Below the pieces are notes generated by a model that saw only the letters and a program-made list of their open reading frames with translations, did no database searches and had not been told where the DNA came from. A stretch of 64,000 nt of DNA from Hemiscyllium ocellatum (taxonomy: Eukaryota). The stretch is from contig NC_083412.1 of the NCBI RefSeq assembly GCF_020745735.1, positions 45,263,181 through 45,327,180 on the forward strand. The letters run 5' to 3'. The translations under genes and the position numbers were made by a program. Below are positions 11,150 to 22,937 of the stretch, in pieces (the stretch's first letter is position 1; the number at the start of each line of letters is the position of its first letter).

Positions 11150-11985
11150 GATATTGCAAAAGAATCTGACAACATTCCATCAGTAGTATTGAAGACTTGT
11201 GCATACAGAAAGAATCACTTCCTCAGTTAACCTGCGCAAGTACAGTTTTAACACTGACAGCTACTCTGGGGAAAATTCCCAAGATATGTCCTGTGCACAT
11301 AAAGCAGAACAAATCCATTTTGACAAAATTCCTTCTGTCAGTCTACTCTTGATGATTAGCAAAGTGACGAGAGGTCTCGACAGCCATGATATAACCTGCA
11401 GTAGCAGTATAATCTGCTCACTGACACTCAATTTGGATTCCCCAGATAATTCAGCTCCTGACTAATTATAATCTTGATCCAAGCATGAAAAAGAACTGAC
11501 TTCCAAAGGAAAGGTGAGAGTTATTGCCCTTGCATCAAGGCTGCCTTTCACCAACTATGGCATTGAGGAGTGCTGGAAAAAAGTAAATCTGTAGGAAATA
11601 AGGGGAAACCTCTCCAATGATTGGAATGTTACCTAATTCAAAGAAAGGAGGAGGTCAACCAAGTTCAGCTCTAGAGCATCATTGCAAGACTTCACAGACT
11701 AATTTACGAGATCGAGTCACCTTCAGCTTCTTTATCAAAATATTTCAATCCATCTGATAATTGTACAATGTTTACTAAGGTTTATAGCTCCTCAGATACT
11801 CACATAGTCTGTACCAATATTCGACAAAATCTGGATAATGTTCAGGCTGGATTTGTTAAGTGACAATCAGCAAGTACGACAGAAAAGTACCAGGAGTTGA
11901 CTATCTCCAACAACAGAGAACGTAATCATCTTCCCTCAACATTCAATCAGATTACTCTTGCTGAATACCCATCATTAACATAGTT
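11150..11985 (+). mobile_element. Decayed non-LTR retrotransposon RT region (CR1/L2 group, different family from the main CR1)
   Basis: gacaacattccatcagtagtattgaagacttgtgca encodes DNIPSVVLKTCA (GPDxIP..VLK.CA RT N-terminal motif); many stops and indels downstream. Confidence 0.55.
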
Positions 11986-12049
11986 TCTTGATTCAAAGAT
12001 CAGAAAATAGAATCAAAATTAATAGAGATTTTATAAAAAAAAAGGATGC

Positions 12050-12770
12050 AGAAAGCATTGGTAGGAGAAGTTAATGAAATTCCTGACAGCAGCCAGATTG
12101 CAGAGCAGAATATTCTTTAAGAAATAAGAGGATCTTGCAATAAAGGCAATGCAATAATTATGGATGGGTTCAATTTCATGAAAAATCAACTTGCAGAATT
12201 TATTTCTTGGTTAGTTCATGAAATGCATTCAAGATAGTTTACTAGAGTAATATGGCATGTAATCAAAAATAAAGGAAATTATCTTTCTTCCTGTGATGAG
12301 AATGAATCAATTTGTAAAGGACATTTATCTTTTGGGAAGTGTGATCAAAATATGGTAACAATTGACATTGTCTCTACAAATGGCATTCATAATTCCAAAA
12401 CTAGAATAAAGTTTTTTTTATACAGCCAAATACATCAGTTTGAGAGGAGAATTGGCTCAGGTAATTAAAAAGTAAATAAGTAGTAGTGAAGCATTAAAGA
12501 AGTATTTTATAATTCTCATGACGAGTAAAATTTCCATCAGAAAAGTGACTCATCTAGGACTGAGGAGATAAAAAATAATATTAGATAAACAGAAGGGGTT
12601 GATAATATTATCAATAAGAATAATAAGACAGTTAATGAGAAACATTTCAGAAAACAGCAAAAGATGTCAAAATAAAACTGTTTTAGAATGAATAAATTAA
12701 CCAGAACTATATAAAAAAAGAGGATTATGAGAGTTACTACAATTGTGCAAAAAAGAGAGTTGCCATATCA
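12050..12770 (+). mobile_element. Very old CR1 endonuclease-region fragment
   Basis: Degenerate I.MGDFN and LG.SDH-type segments (ataattatggatgggttcaatttc; ttgggaagtgtgatc). Confidence 0.4.
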
Positions 12771-12844
12771 CATCATCACACATCACTTTGTTCACGGAAC
12801 TCCTGCATTTTCCAATCAATTGGATGTTGATTTTAATGACATTT

Positions 12845-12945
12845 GAATTAGAAGGTCAGAACAACTAAAAATGTAGTTTCTCTCTGAACAGGTAGGACCA
12901 GACATGCTGAGTTCCTCCACCTTTTAGATATGTATTTGAGATTGC
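12845..12945 (+). mobile_element. Decayed family C PLE arm
   Basis: ccagacatgctgagttcctcca resembles 3491-3515. Confidence 0.35.
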
Positions 12946-12981
12946 CCTTGCAGTATTGTCTTCTTATAAAATAAGGATTTG

Positions 12982-13440
12982 GATATGCTGGTGTTGGACT
13001 GGGGTGTACAAAGTTAAAAATCACACAAACCAGGTTATAGTCCAACAGGTTTAAATAGAAACACTAGCTTTTGCAGTGCTGTTCCTTCAGGTGGTTGTGG
13101 AGTACATGATTGTAAGACACAGAATTTACAGCAAATGTTTACAGTCTGATGTAACTGAAATTGCACAGTGAAAATTACCTTGATTGTTTATTAAGTCTCT
13201 GATCTGTTAGAATGACATGTTAATTTCTCTTCTTTCAAATGTAAATCGCAAAACTTTTTTTAAAAAGTTACATTCTCAAGTGAACTTTAACAATTGGTGA
13301 TAGCCCAGGTAATGTATTGGGTATTAGTACCTCTGTGTGCTGCTGTCTGTGCCTTAATGTTCAGACTGATTCTAATTTAAAAGCTAGTGCTTCCAATTAA
13401 ACCTGTTGGACTATAACCTGGCGTTGTGCGATTTTTGACT
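12982..13440 (-). mobile_element. PLE-derived insertion, family B: minus-strand arm, about 280 bp internal sequence, inverted partial arm
   Basis: 18-bp TSD with 1 mismatch TTATAAAATA(A/G)GGATTTG (12964-12981 / 13441-13458); inverted arms ccaggttatagtccaacaggtttaa / ttaaacctgttggactataacctgg. Confidence 0.8.
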
Positions 13441-14099
13441 TTATAAAATAGGGATTTGTTTTGTAACAGTCATTTTACTGTAATCTTGTTTATAGATGTG
13501 TAAAATATAAAGATTAAATCACTGCTGTGAGCTAATAGACATTAGTTCTATAAAAGATGAGCCTGGAAATTAACGTGAGTGATTTTATCATATGTGTGCA
13601 CAACATGTTCATCACAATTTAATTTTTTTCACCATTTTAATCAAGGTATTAGTCCATTTAATGTTGTAATGTTAGGCCTTCTGTTAAATTCTATCATCAG
13701 TAATCATTATTTTAATGTAGATTTATTTGACATAAAAGCTTTCAATGAATTTCAGTGGATAGCTTAATGCAATATCTTTGATTACTTTACCTTGAAGATA
13801 CATCATAGTTAAAAGATACATTAGATGGTAAACTGGAAGCTGAATATTTGATATAATATGCAGTGTTACTTGAGTGTCCAATATTCTGGTATAAAGTTTC
13901 TAGATTTGTTTTTGCAATGGATTGTCAAAGTATGTATGACAAAACAATAGTCGATTCTCCTAGTTTCGGACAATTAAATATTAACATGGAATATTGTTAA
14001 CCTAATTCAGATTTTAATGACATTTTAAGAAATGGACATTCTAATTCACTGCTAGGTCGGATAAAAATTAAACATAAACTAACAAAGCACAACCACAAA

Positions 14100-14215
14100 T
14101 AGACAAAAAATGATGGAAAACTGAAACAGGAGTAGAATATACTAGAACTATTCAGAAGACCAAACTGCACCTGTAGAAAGAGAAATAGACAAGTTAATAG
14201 TTCAGTTATCAGAAT
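14100..14215 (-). mobile_element. Decayed family C PLE arm
   Basis: Degenerate match to 1526-1629 and 3360-3430. Confidence 0.35.
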
Positions 14216-14372
14216 TTTGAAATAAACACGAGATGAAAATGTTCTTTAAATAATGAAACACCAGGGGAAATCAAAAAACGCACAAAAAGTACAGTGAATA
14301 CCCAAGTGATTTCATAGGGAATGATCAAAGAGTCTTTAAAGTCAGACAGTGGGAACACTTGCAAAATGTATG

Positions 14373-14586
14373 TGGTGCTGGATGAGCGCAGCAGGGCAGG
14401 CAGCATCTGAGGAGCAAGGAAATCACCGTTTTGGGCAAAAGCCCTTCATCATTCTTCCTGATGAAGGGCTTTTGCCCAAAACATCGATTTTCCTGCTCCT
14501 TGGATGCTGCCTGACCACTGTGCTTTTCCAGCACCACTCTAATCTGGACTCTGATTTCCAGCATCTGCAGTCCCCACTTCTGCCTA
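14373..14586. mobile_element. PLE-derived palindromic insertion, family A
   Basis: 13-bp TSD with 1 mismatch TGCAAAAT(G/A)TATG (14360-14372 / 14587-14599); inverted arms ttttgggcaaaagcccttcatca / tgatgaagggcttttgcccaaaa. Confidence 0.85.
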
Positions 14587-14893
14587 TGCAAAATATATGA
14601 ACAGCTGAGACTTTGTGTGTAGAAAGTAAGAGCTAAAGTTGAAATGGAATAAAAAGCAATCTGTTATGGATACTAGAAATGTGAAGGAACACAAAACAAT
14701 CCAGAAACATTGAAGGAAGGTTAAAAATTAGAACAGAATCCAATGGCATGGAAAGTAGGAAGGAATGTCATCTGAAATCTGCAATGGAGAGGAGAATTCC
14801 TATTTTCAACACTACTTACAATTTGTTGGAATAGGGGAAAAAAAAGAAGTAATCTTTTCATTATGATACTTCATTTTTTTCTTAGGGGGGAGG

Positions 14894-15606
14894 TGTTATG
14901 AAGGTGTAGGTGTGTACTGTACCTTTAAGAGAGAGACGAAGCTCGCAAAGACTGACTGAAAGCACAATGTCCTGGACAAGGTAAAACTGAAATGCTTGGT
15001 TGAAATAAATGACTAAAGTTGTGTTGACACGGAACAAAAACAAATTTAAGTTCAGCCAATCAGTTTAAATTATGCCCCAGATACCAAAATCCAATCAATT
15101 TTGATGATATTAAAAACAATGAAATGATCTAATGTTTTGGGGTATAAAACTGGAGATTTTGAACAGCAATGGGGTCAACTGCCCACAAAACCATTAAGTA
15201 TAGACAGCAAGCCGAATAGCTCTCTGATAGGTACCCGTTAATACGAGGGACCTGTGAAGCAGAATACCAAAGAAAAGACGACAGAGGAAAATCTACAGAG
15301 GAAGATACAAAGAGAAGATTCGACAGCTGGCTAGTTTTGAAATTTATTTTTTTTTGTAAATCGTAACTGGAATTAATATTGGAATAGTATTGTAGAGTGG
15401 GAGGTAAAACATAGGTTTAAAAGAAAGGAGTTGTTGGTTGTAATGTTCTCTGTTGGACTTAGAGAATGAAATTGTTCATTTTTACTCGAAATAGTGTCCA
15501 CTGGGATAGTTCATTGTCTCTCAAACTTTAATAGATTACAGCACAAGATGAGCTTCTCTGTGTGTCAGGTTTAAGTTAGTAGTGGGGTTGACCCTGTGTC
15601 ATAACA
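14894..15606 (+). mobile_element. Solo LTR (713 bp)
   Basis: Perfect 8-bp terminal inverted repeat TGTTATGA...TCATAACA; CCAAT boxes (~15055, ~15090), TATAAAA (~15144); second family member at 48282-49133. Confidence 0.7.
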
Positions 15607-16010
15607 TCTCTAAAATGGAATTGTGTTGAGATTCAGACAAAATTTATTTGGTGCTGCAGCAGTATTGTCAATTTAATTGGTCTGCTTAACACAATATCTA
15701 TTCTAGCCTCTTTGGTACGACTGCTAATAAGTAAGCTGAGTACAACATTCTGCTTTTAAATAATGACTAGTGTTCCCATATTGTGTTTACATAGTATTTT
15801 TGAATTCATGTAGAAGACATAAAGCGGCAGCTTCTTAAATTTATTGACCTGAATTGATTGCTGCCTAAAATATTTTCAAGGTATGAGCTTTTGCCATCTG
15901 CCCGAATATTTCTCCATGTAACTTTGTGTCAACTATTATTTAATACTTCTATAAGTTCTTTAGGATGTTTTACTGTGTTAGAAATGAGTTGAAGTGAAAA
16001 ATATGAATTA

Positions 16011-17480
16011 CAGGTAGTTCTCAGATAATGCAGGTTCCAGCAGCTTGATTTGCTTATAACATCTCTGAGGAATTAAGGAGTGACAGTTTTGAGTATGCTT
16101 CTCTCTGTTGGCAAAAGTGCAATTCCAGTGATGATTGTTTTGCGCAGTTCATTATGCACATGTGCCTGTGTCAGCGCTGAAATCTCCATGCCGTTCTGCG
16201 CATGCGCCAATGTCAGCTGCCAAAAGATCAACTTCCTGTGAGTGGTACTGCACAGAAAACAGCTTTCTGAGAGAGATACATTGAGCTTCCTGTGAAAGGT
16301 ACACTACTGCGAGATTATTCCTTTTTTTTGAAAAAAATGGAAGGGCATAGTGACAAGAATGTTAGCAAGAGGCATCCTGGTGGTAAAAGTGTGGGTAGTG
16401 AACATAAAAGAAAAGCTATAACACTGGAGTAGAAGCTTGATATTATAAAGAGTTTTGAGCATGAGAGAATATGTGATAAAGCTCACCTAACAGGAATGAG
16501 GGAGTGTACATTATGCACAATGATGACCAGGAGAAAGTGAGGTCTATAGATGCGGAGATCAGTATCAAAAAATGTGGCACTGGAAAAGCACAACATCCAA
16601 GGAGCAGGAAAATCAACATTTCAGGCATAAGCCCTTCATCTGGAATTGGAGGTGGGAGGGACAGTTCAAGAGGACAGTGCCAAGTTGGAAGGTTGGATGC
16701 AGAATGAGGTTGGAGGGGGAGGGGGGTGGTTGGTGGGGGAGATGAGGAAACTAACAAAGTCGATGTTGATGCCATGTACTTAGAGGGTCCTGAAGTGGAA
16801 GATGAGGCATTCTTCCTCCAGGCATCAGGTGGCTAGGATTTGGCAGCGAAGGAGGTCCAGGATTTGCATGTCCTTGGCAGATTGGGAGGGGAGTTGAAGT
16901 GTTCGGCCACAGGGTGGTGTGGTTGTTTGGTATGTGTGTCCCAGAGATGTTCTGTAAAATGTTCCTCAAGTTCATGTCCTCTCTCCCCAATGTAGAGGAG
17001 ACCACATCAAGAGCAACGGACACAGTAGTTGAGGTGTTTGGATGTGCAGGAAAATCTCTGCTGGATGTGGAAAGATCCTTTGGAGACTAGTTTGGAGGTG
17101 AGGGGGAGGTGTGGGCACAAGTTTTACACCTCCTGCAGTAGCAAGGGAAGGTGCCAGGAGTGGAGGGTGGGTTGGTGGGATATGTGGATGGCCATGATGA
17201 ATCTCTGTCCCTGCATTAACAATACTTTTTGTTAAATTAAATTAAATTAGAAGTTCTGTGTTAAATTCACTTTTGTTTCAATGATACACGTGACATATAT
17301 TTTCATTCAGGCTGTGTTATACTTTGTGTTAGACTTTTGGGTGCTTTTTTGAGCAATCGTAGCTGTTATTGTTTGCTGGTCTGCCTCTTTTCCGATGGGC
17401 CCTATTACTTATATTAAGCGATTTTTGATGGATCGAGGTTTTGCTGGAATGCAACTGCAGTCTTACAGTAGAATTATCTG
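16011..17480. mobile_element. Tc1/mariner (Tigger-like) non-autonomous DNA transposon, interrupted by a PLE
   Basis: TA|CAGGTAGTTCT ... AGAATTATCTG|TA: TA target duplication and 9/11 terminal inverted repeat. Confidence 0.55.
16528..17192 (-). mobile_element. Penelope-like element 3' fragment: GIY-YIG endonuclease relic, 3' UTR and family A pLTR
   Basis: Minus strand 17050-16930 reads FSCTSKHLNYCVRCS*CGLLYIGERGHELEEHFTEHL (PLE GIY-YIG pattern F.C.S....Y...C..C...YIGE...L...F.EH); ends in the family A terminal sequence with a mutated hammerhead (16615-16643). Confidence 0.8.
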
Positions 17481-17579
17481 TATTAAGAATAAATTATACA
17501 AGACTTTCTCATAAATGAATTTATAATGATGCACTTGTTATCTGCACACTGTAAAATTGCATGGTAAAACTTGATAACA

Positions 17580-17750
17580 CCATAGGAACGTGAGATCTCG
17601 GAGCAGAATTAGGCCACTTAGCCCATTGAATCTGCTCCGCCATTCAATCGTGACAGATACATTTCTCAAACCCTTTCTCTTGCCTTCTACCTGGAATCTT
17701 TGATCCTCTGATGAATCAAGAACCTATTGATCTCTGTCTTAAAGACCCTC
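17580..17750 (-). mobile_element. CR1 LINE 3' end fragment
   Basis: ggagcagaattaggccacttagccc is the antisense of the CR1 3' tail seen at 40580-40620. Confidence 0.6.
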
Positions 17751-18109
17751 ACTCTTGTCCTATTAATATGTTATTGTTAAATAAAAAAATTGTAAGCTGA
17801 AAATATTTATTTCAACATGAAATAAGCATCTAAAGCATAATGTTATAAATTCAAATTTGATGGATGTATTGAATTTGAAATCTGTGCAGTTAAAATTAAC
17901 TTGGAGCAGTTTTCAATATATCAAAGTAAGATAGCAGAGGAAATAGAATTTAGTTTGTAGAAGCTGGTAATTTTCTTTGCAGGGGTCTATATATCACTTT
18001 TTTTTCTGTAACAAAAATCATTAATAATAAAGTGCATTATGTACTTCAGGTAATTGTTCCCAACTTTTGCATTATAGTGAACATGAAGTGCTGAATTTTC
18101 ATTGTGCAG

Positions 18110-18202
18110 GGAAGGTGGGACCAGAGGCAACTTCTGATGTAGTGACTTTGCTGTATGCCCTGTTAAGGAAATACAGTCGCCATAGGGGACTACCTCCAGA
18201 GG
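18110..18202 (+). other. Isolated exon-like segment (KVGPEATSDVVTLLYALLRKYSRHRGLPPE)
   Basis: Acceptor ttttcattgtgcag|, donor GAGG|gtcagc; 93 bp, phase 1-1, open; no partner exons could be chained. Confidence 0.25.
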
Positions 18203-18479
18203 GTCAGCAGCTGACTGTTCTTATCAAATAATAGTATTTTGTCTCTATCATTGAATTTCCTCAGTTGCAAGGGGTTATTGACTGTTTGCTTGGATGTTCC
18301 CTGATGATTATATTGGATAGTTCTTCCAACTTTGACACAAGTCTCCAGTTGTTTGTAGAATGACTGAAAGGGGCTGGATTTGTCATTGTTAATCCAAGCT
18401 GGTGTCCATTTGGTTCATCCCTTTCTTTAGACTTCATCATGGTTTAATATAACTGAGTCACATTATCATCATCATCAAC

Positions 18480-18720
18480 AGCATTTCAATGGATTGGAGC
18501 TACATGTGGGCCAGATCCACAAGGACAGCAGATTTCCTTCCATAGATGACATATGTAAACTTGATATGGATGTACAATAATTGACAGTGCTTTTATAGAT
18601 GTTATTGGAATAGCTTTTGTTTTTAGATATATGAATTGTGTTTAAAATTATTGTTTGGATTTGAATCCATGTCCTTAGAGCATTGGATTACCAGTCCAGT
18701 GACATTAACATTATGCTACA
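18480..18720 (-). mobile_element. Old tRNA-headed SINE (shark family, possibly SacSINE1/Deu-like)
   Basis: ggattaccagtccagtgacattaacatta is the antisense of a tRNA-like head; homologous copy at 62370-62710. Confidence 0.45.
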
Positions 18721-19006
18721 TGTACCATGAATTGGAGATAACAATATGACATGTTCTTCAGAAGCAGCTTCCACGAGTTGCAACCCCTTTAGCTGAGGTT
18801 GGTGTCAACTCAAATTGGTTTGCATGCTTATGGCTGTGATTTCTATCCTGTGTGTTGTGAAATCACTGCAGGTTCTGTTACCATCTTTACTATATGCATT
18901 AATACAGGGGAAGACTCTGTCACTGGGCTTTGCCACCTAAATGGTACCTCAGTCAAAAGGACAAAGAAAATGTTTGACAGTGATCCTGCCTATGATGTTT
19001 GTTTGC

Positions 19007-19729
19007 CAGGACTTATACATTTAATGGTAAGGTCCTAGGGAGTGTTGCTGAACAAAGAGACCTTGGAGTGCAGGTTCATAGCTCCTTGAAAGTGGAGTTG
19101 TAGGTGGATAGGATTGTGAAGAAGGTGTTTGGTATGCTTTCTTTTATTGGTAAGAGTATTGAGTACAGGAGTTGGAAGGTCATGTTGCGGCTGTACAGGA
19201 CATTGGTTAGGCCACTGTTGGAATATTGCGTGCAAATCTGGTCTCCTTCCTATCGGAAAGATGTTGTGAAACTTGAAAGTATTCAGAAAAGATTTACAAG
19301 GATGTTGCCAGGAATGGAGGATTTGAGATATAGGGAGAGGCTGAACAGGCTGGAGATGTTTTGTCTGGAGTGTCGGAGGTTGAGGGGTGGCCTTATAGAG
19401 GTTTGCAACCTCATGAGGGCCATGGATAGGATAAATAGACAAAATCTCTTTCATGGGGTGAGGGAGTCCAGAGTTAGAAGGCATAGGTTTAGAGTGAGAG
19501 GGGAAAGATGTAAAAGAGACCTAAGTGGCAACTTTTTCAGACAGAGGGTGGTACATGCATGGAATGAAGTGCCAGAGGAAGTGGTGGAGGCTAGTACAAT
19601 TGCAACAATAAAAAGGCATTTGGATGGGTAATGGTTTGGGTGCTGGCAGGTGGGACGAGATTGGGTTGGGATATCTGGTTGGCATGGAAGCACCTGTTTC
19701 CATGTTGTGCATCTCTATGACTCTATGAC
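19007..19729 (+). mobile_element. 5'-truncated CR1 (HER1-like) LINE
   Basis: ORF 19104-19631 LYRTLVRPLLEYCVQIWSP...LRGGLIEV...FFRQRVVHAWN is the CR1 ORF2 C-terminus; (CTATGACT)n-type tail. Confidence 0.92.
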
Positions 19730-20027
19730 AACTGTGCAAGCTCTTTTTATGGTTTGTTTGTAAGTCAGAGTGAATCACAAGCTCAGAATGACTAGCAGCC
19801 TCTTCAGGCTTCTTTACACCATTCGTACCATTGACCAGTCGGTACACTATTACTGCAACCATTCTGCATGATGGCTGTGAATAGATCTCCACATGCATTC
19901 ATGTGTACTGTGCCTGAGTAAAATTGGAACACATGAATGGGCTCACCATTAGCTGCCCATGATTCTACTTCCTGAGGTAATAGCATAATTTAGGCATTTA
20001 TCGCTTGTTGCTGCCTCAGCCATGTGT

Positions 20028-20682
20028 GGAGACAAAAAAACTGCAGATGCTGGAATCCAAAGTAGACAGGCCAGAGGCTGGAAGAACACAGCAAACGAGA
20101 TAGCATCACGAGGTGGAGAAGTCGACGTTTCAGGACTGGGGGTGGGTGTAGAGAGAGCTGCAGATATAGGGGGTGGTGGGTTCAGGGTGGTGAAGTGGGA
20201 ATAGGTGAAGACAGACAGAAGGTACGACCTGGTTGGTCAGTGGGAGTAATGAATTCAACAGGTGGCGGGGAGGAGTGGAAGGGAGGGGTGTGGTCTTCTC
20301 TACATCAGGGAGACAAACATAAACGTTGGGATTAAATTTTGCAGGGGCCAACCGGACCCCCCCCCGGTCACCGCCATAATTTTAATTCCCCTTCTCAATT
20401 TCTTTCTGACGTGACCATTCTTGGCCTCCTCCATTGCCACGATGAACCAAACTGCAAATTGGAAGAACAACACCTCATCTTCTGCCTGGGCAGCGTACAG
20501 CCCAGAGGGCACAACATTGAGTTCTCCAATTTCAAATAACCTCCCTTTCCATATCCTAACTCTCTTCCACTCCTCCCAGCCACCTCCGGATTCATTCCTT
20601 CCATTGACCAACCAGTTCATACCCTCTGCCTGTCTTCACCTATCCCCAATTCACAACCCTGTGCCACCTCCCCCTTATCTTC
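20028..20682. mobile_element. Penelope-like element remnant with internal inversion
   Basis: 20028-20290 is a minus-strand pLTR/3' UTR; 20291-20682 is plus-strand, encoding a GIY-YIG C-terminus (YIRET...KLEEQHLIFCLGSVQPRGHNIEFSNF) followed by a 3' UTR complementary to 20170-20280. Confidence 0.8.
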
Positions 20683-20823
20683 ACGTGTGTGACTCCGGAG
20701 GCTGGGTATCCCTGTCTGTTTGAGTCTGGTTGTGTCATTCGTTCCTCCACTAAGTAACTAGTTGTTGCTACCTTTGCATGCATCTCCTCTTCCTGCTCAT
20801 TGTGCCAACCAAAATAATCTTAC

Positions 20824-20940
20824 TCAAAGCTCCACCAAGGCTAATGTATCTCTGCTGCTGGAAGGTAAGCTTGTCTGATGTGACATTGCTCCCTCTATAA
20901 ATTTCTTCTCTGAAGCCGACATTGATGCCGAATTCATATG
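20824..20940 (-). other. Exon-like segment (YEFGINVGFREEIYRGSNVTSDKLTFQQQRYISLGGAL)
   Basis: Strong donor TTGA|gtaaga; acceptor gtctcag|; 117 bp, phase 1-1, open; does not chain directly to the 10730 exon. Confidence 0.25.
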
Positions 20941-22701
20941 CTGAGACTCATCATCTACAGATTGACTTGTGAGAAACAAAATAATGTTCCTGATACTAAA
21001 GATGTTGTTAAAAAAATACATAAACATGATGTAGACAATTGGAGATCTGTTAAAGAAGAGAAAATAAATATTAGAATATTTTCCAAAAAGATTGGTTCAA
21101 ATAATTGAATTAATTTAGCTGATTACTAAGAAGCATGTCATTCCTAATAATCCATTTGTTAAAACTCCTTGAACATTTAATTAATTGGTAGATACAAGTC
21201 AAGTGATGGATACTTTGGGTTTAGTTGACGATTCTGCGGTGGATTTCTCACACTGGGCTACAATGTTTGCAGGTTAATGGATAAAACATTTCAGACAAAT
21301 AGTGAACATTGTGTCCAAAAATGAAACTACGATTACGTTCTGTGACCTTTTCTGTTCCCAATACCATAAACAGTGTCAATAAATAAATTAGATGTGCCAT
21401 ATTTAATTCATTCTCTGACAAGTATGGAAGACAACAATTTTTTTGGCTTGAATAATTTAGCAAGTTTGCAAGCTAAGATTCTGAAATTTACTTTAATTTT
21501 GTATCATAGTTCCTATGAGGCTAAATTGACACGATATACAAATACAAACAGCTGGTATTATTTGAAGTTTCAAGAACAAAGCCTGAAGAAGGTTAGTCTT
21601 CACAAAGTAGTGACGGGAAGTTTTCATGTCATCGAAATCATGTATAATAGATTTGTAAAGATGGAAGTAGAAGCTTTTTATGCAAAGTCAGAAGTAAATA
21701 ATTGGCAGAAATAATTACTAAAGCAATCAAAATATAAATTTTATCAAAGAAATTACAATCATTATAAGCAGCCATCCTGGACCACAGTCTACAACTTCAA
21801 CACATGAATACTGATTTAGTTGAAAAGTTCAAAAATGAATTAAATCTCTTGTCTATTCAGGGAAGAGTAAAGGGGTTTAGTTTAAATAGGAAAAATACAA
21901 GTATGAATAATAATAATAATAATACAAAGAGCAAATGTTTATCCTTTTCTCATTCCAGATCATGTCCCAGTAAAATATAGGGCAACTGTTGTGTGATGCT
22001 GTCTCAACTCAACTTTGATGTGATAATTTAATAATTCATCATTTTGGGTTTCATGTTTTAGCCTAATATAAGTGCCGAATGTGAACTGAAGCACTATAAA
22101 ATGGGGAAAGATACTGGAAAGGATGTGTCATTTTACCATTAGTTTCCTTTGATCTCTTCTTTCTTTGAAGTTTTTTTTTCATAACTGAATGTATTCGATA
22201 TTAGCCAGCCTTTATGTATTACGGCTTGATAGGACTAAGAAATTTCAGTTCCATCTCATTATTATAATCAGACAGCTACAATGGCATCAAAAAATCAGAA
22301 CAAGATAGAAACACATTGGCTTAAATCATTTTACAAACTTCATACCTGCTGTCCAAAACTGTTTTATGATGAAAAACAAAAATTAAGTTTTGTATTTCTG
22401 CACAATAATATTGAAAATGGAACAAGATGAGGGAAGTTAGGAAATGTGGATTATGTAACACCAACTTTGAGGTTGAGGAATATGTAACTTGAAAAAAGAA
22501 AATAATTTATGGTATGTATAAATAATTAAGTCTTAATGTCGAATGATTTATCAGTAAGTTTGCAGATGATATTGAAATTGATGGGTTGGTAAATGGTGAA
22601 GAGGTCCTTGTATGTGTTTGTCATAGAGTTGAGACCTGTCTTGTCCATGCTCTGGTTCTTTCAGTTGTACTAACAGTATTAAGGCCACCATGGCCAAATG
22701 T

Positions 22702-22903
22702 AATTTGGAGGTGCTGATGTTGGACTGGGGTGGACAAAGTTAAAAATCACTCAGCACCAGGTTATAGTCCAACAGTTTAATTAGAAGCACTAGCTTTGGG
22801 AGTGCTGCTCCTTCACCACCTGATGAAGGAGCAGCACTCCAAAAGCTAGTGCTTCCAAATGAATCTATTGGACTATAACCTGTTGTTGTGTGATTTTTAA
22901 CTG
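22702..22903. mobile_element. PLE-derived palindromic insertion, family B
   Basis: Perfect 11-bp TSD TGGCCAAATGT (22691-22701 / 22904-22914); inverted arms; hammerhead cac-CTGATGA-a-ggagc agc actcc-AAAA-gcta-gtg at 22817-22851 (G12>A at a CpG). Confidence 0.85.
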
Positions 22904-22937
22904 TGGCCAAATGTCATTTTGATCTCTCTACTGTAAC

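Noticed and set aside
11199-11465. ORF or antisense exon candidate
   Set aside because: Part of a decayed LINE RT region.
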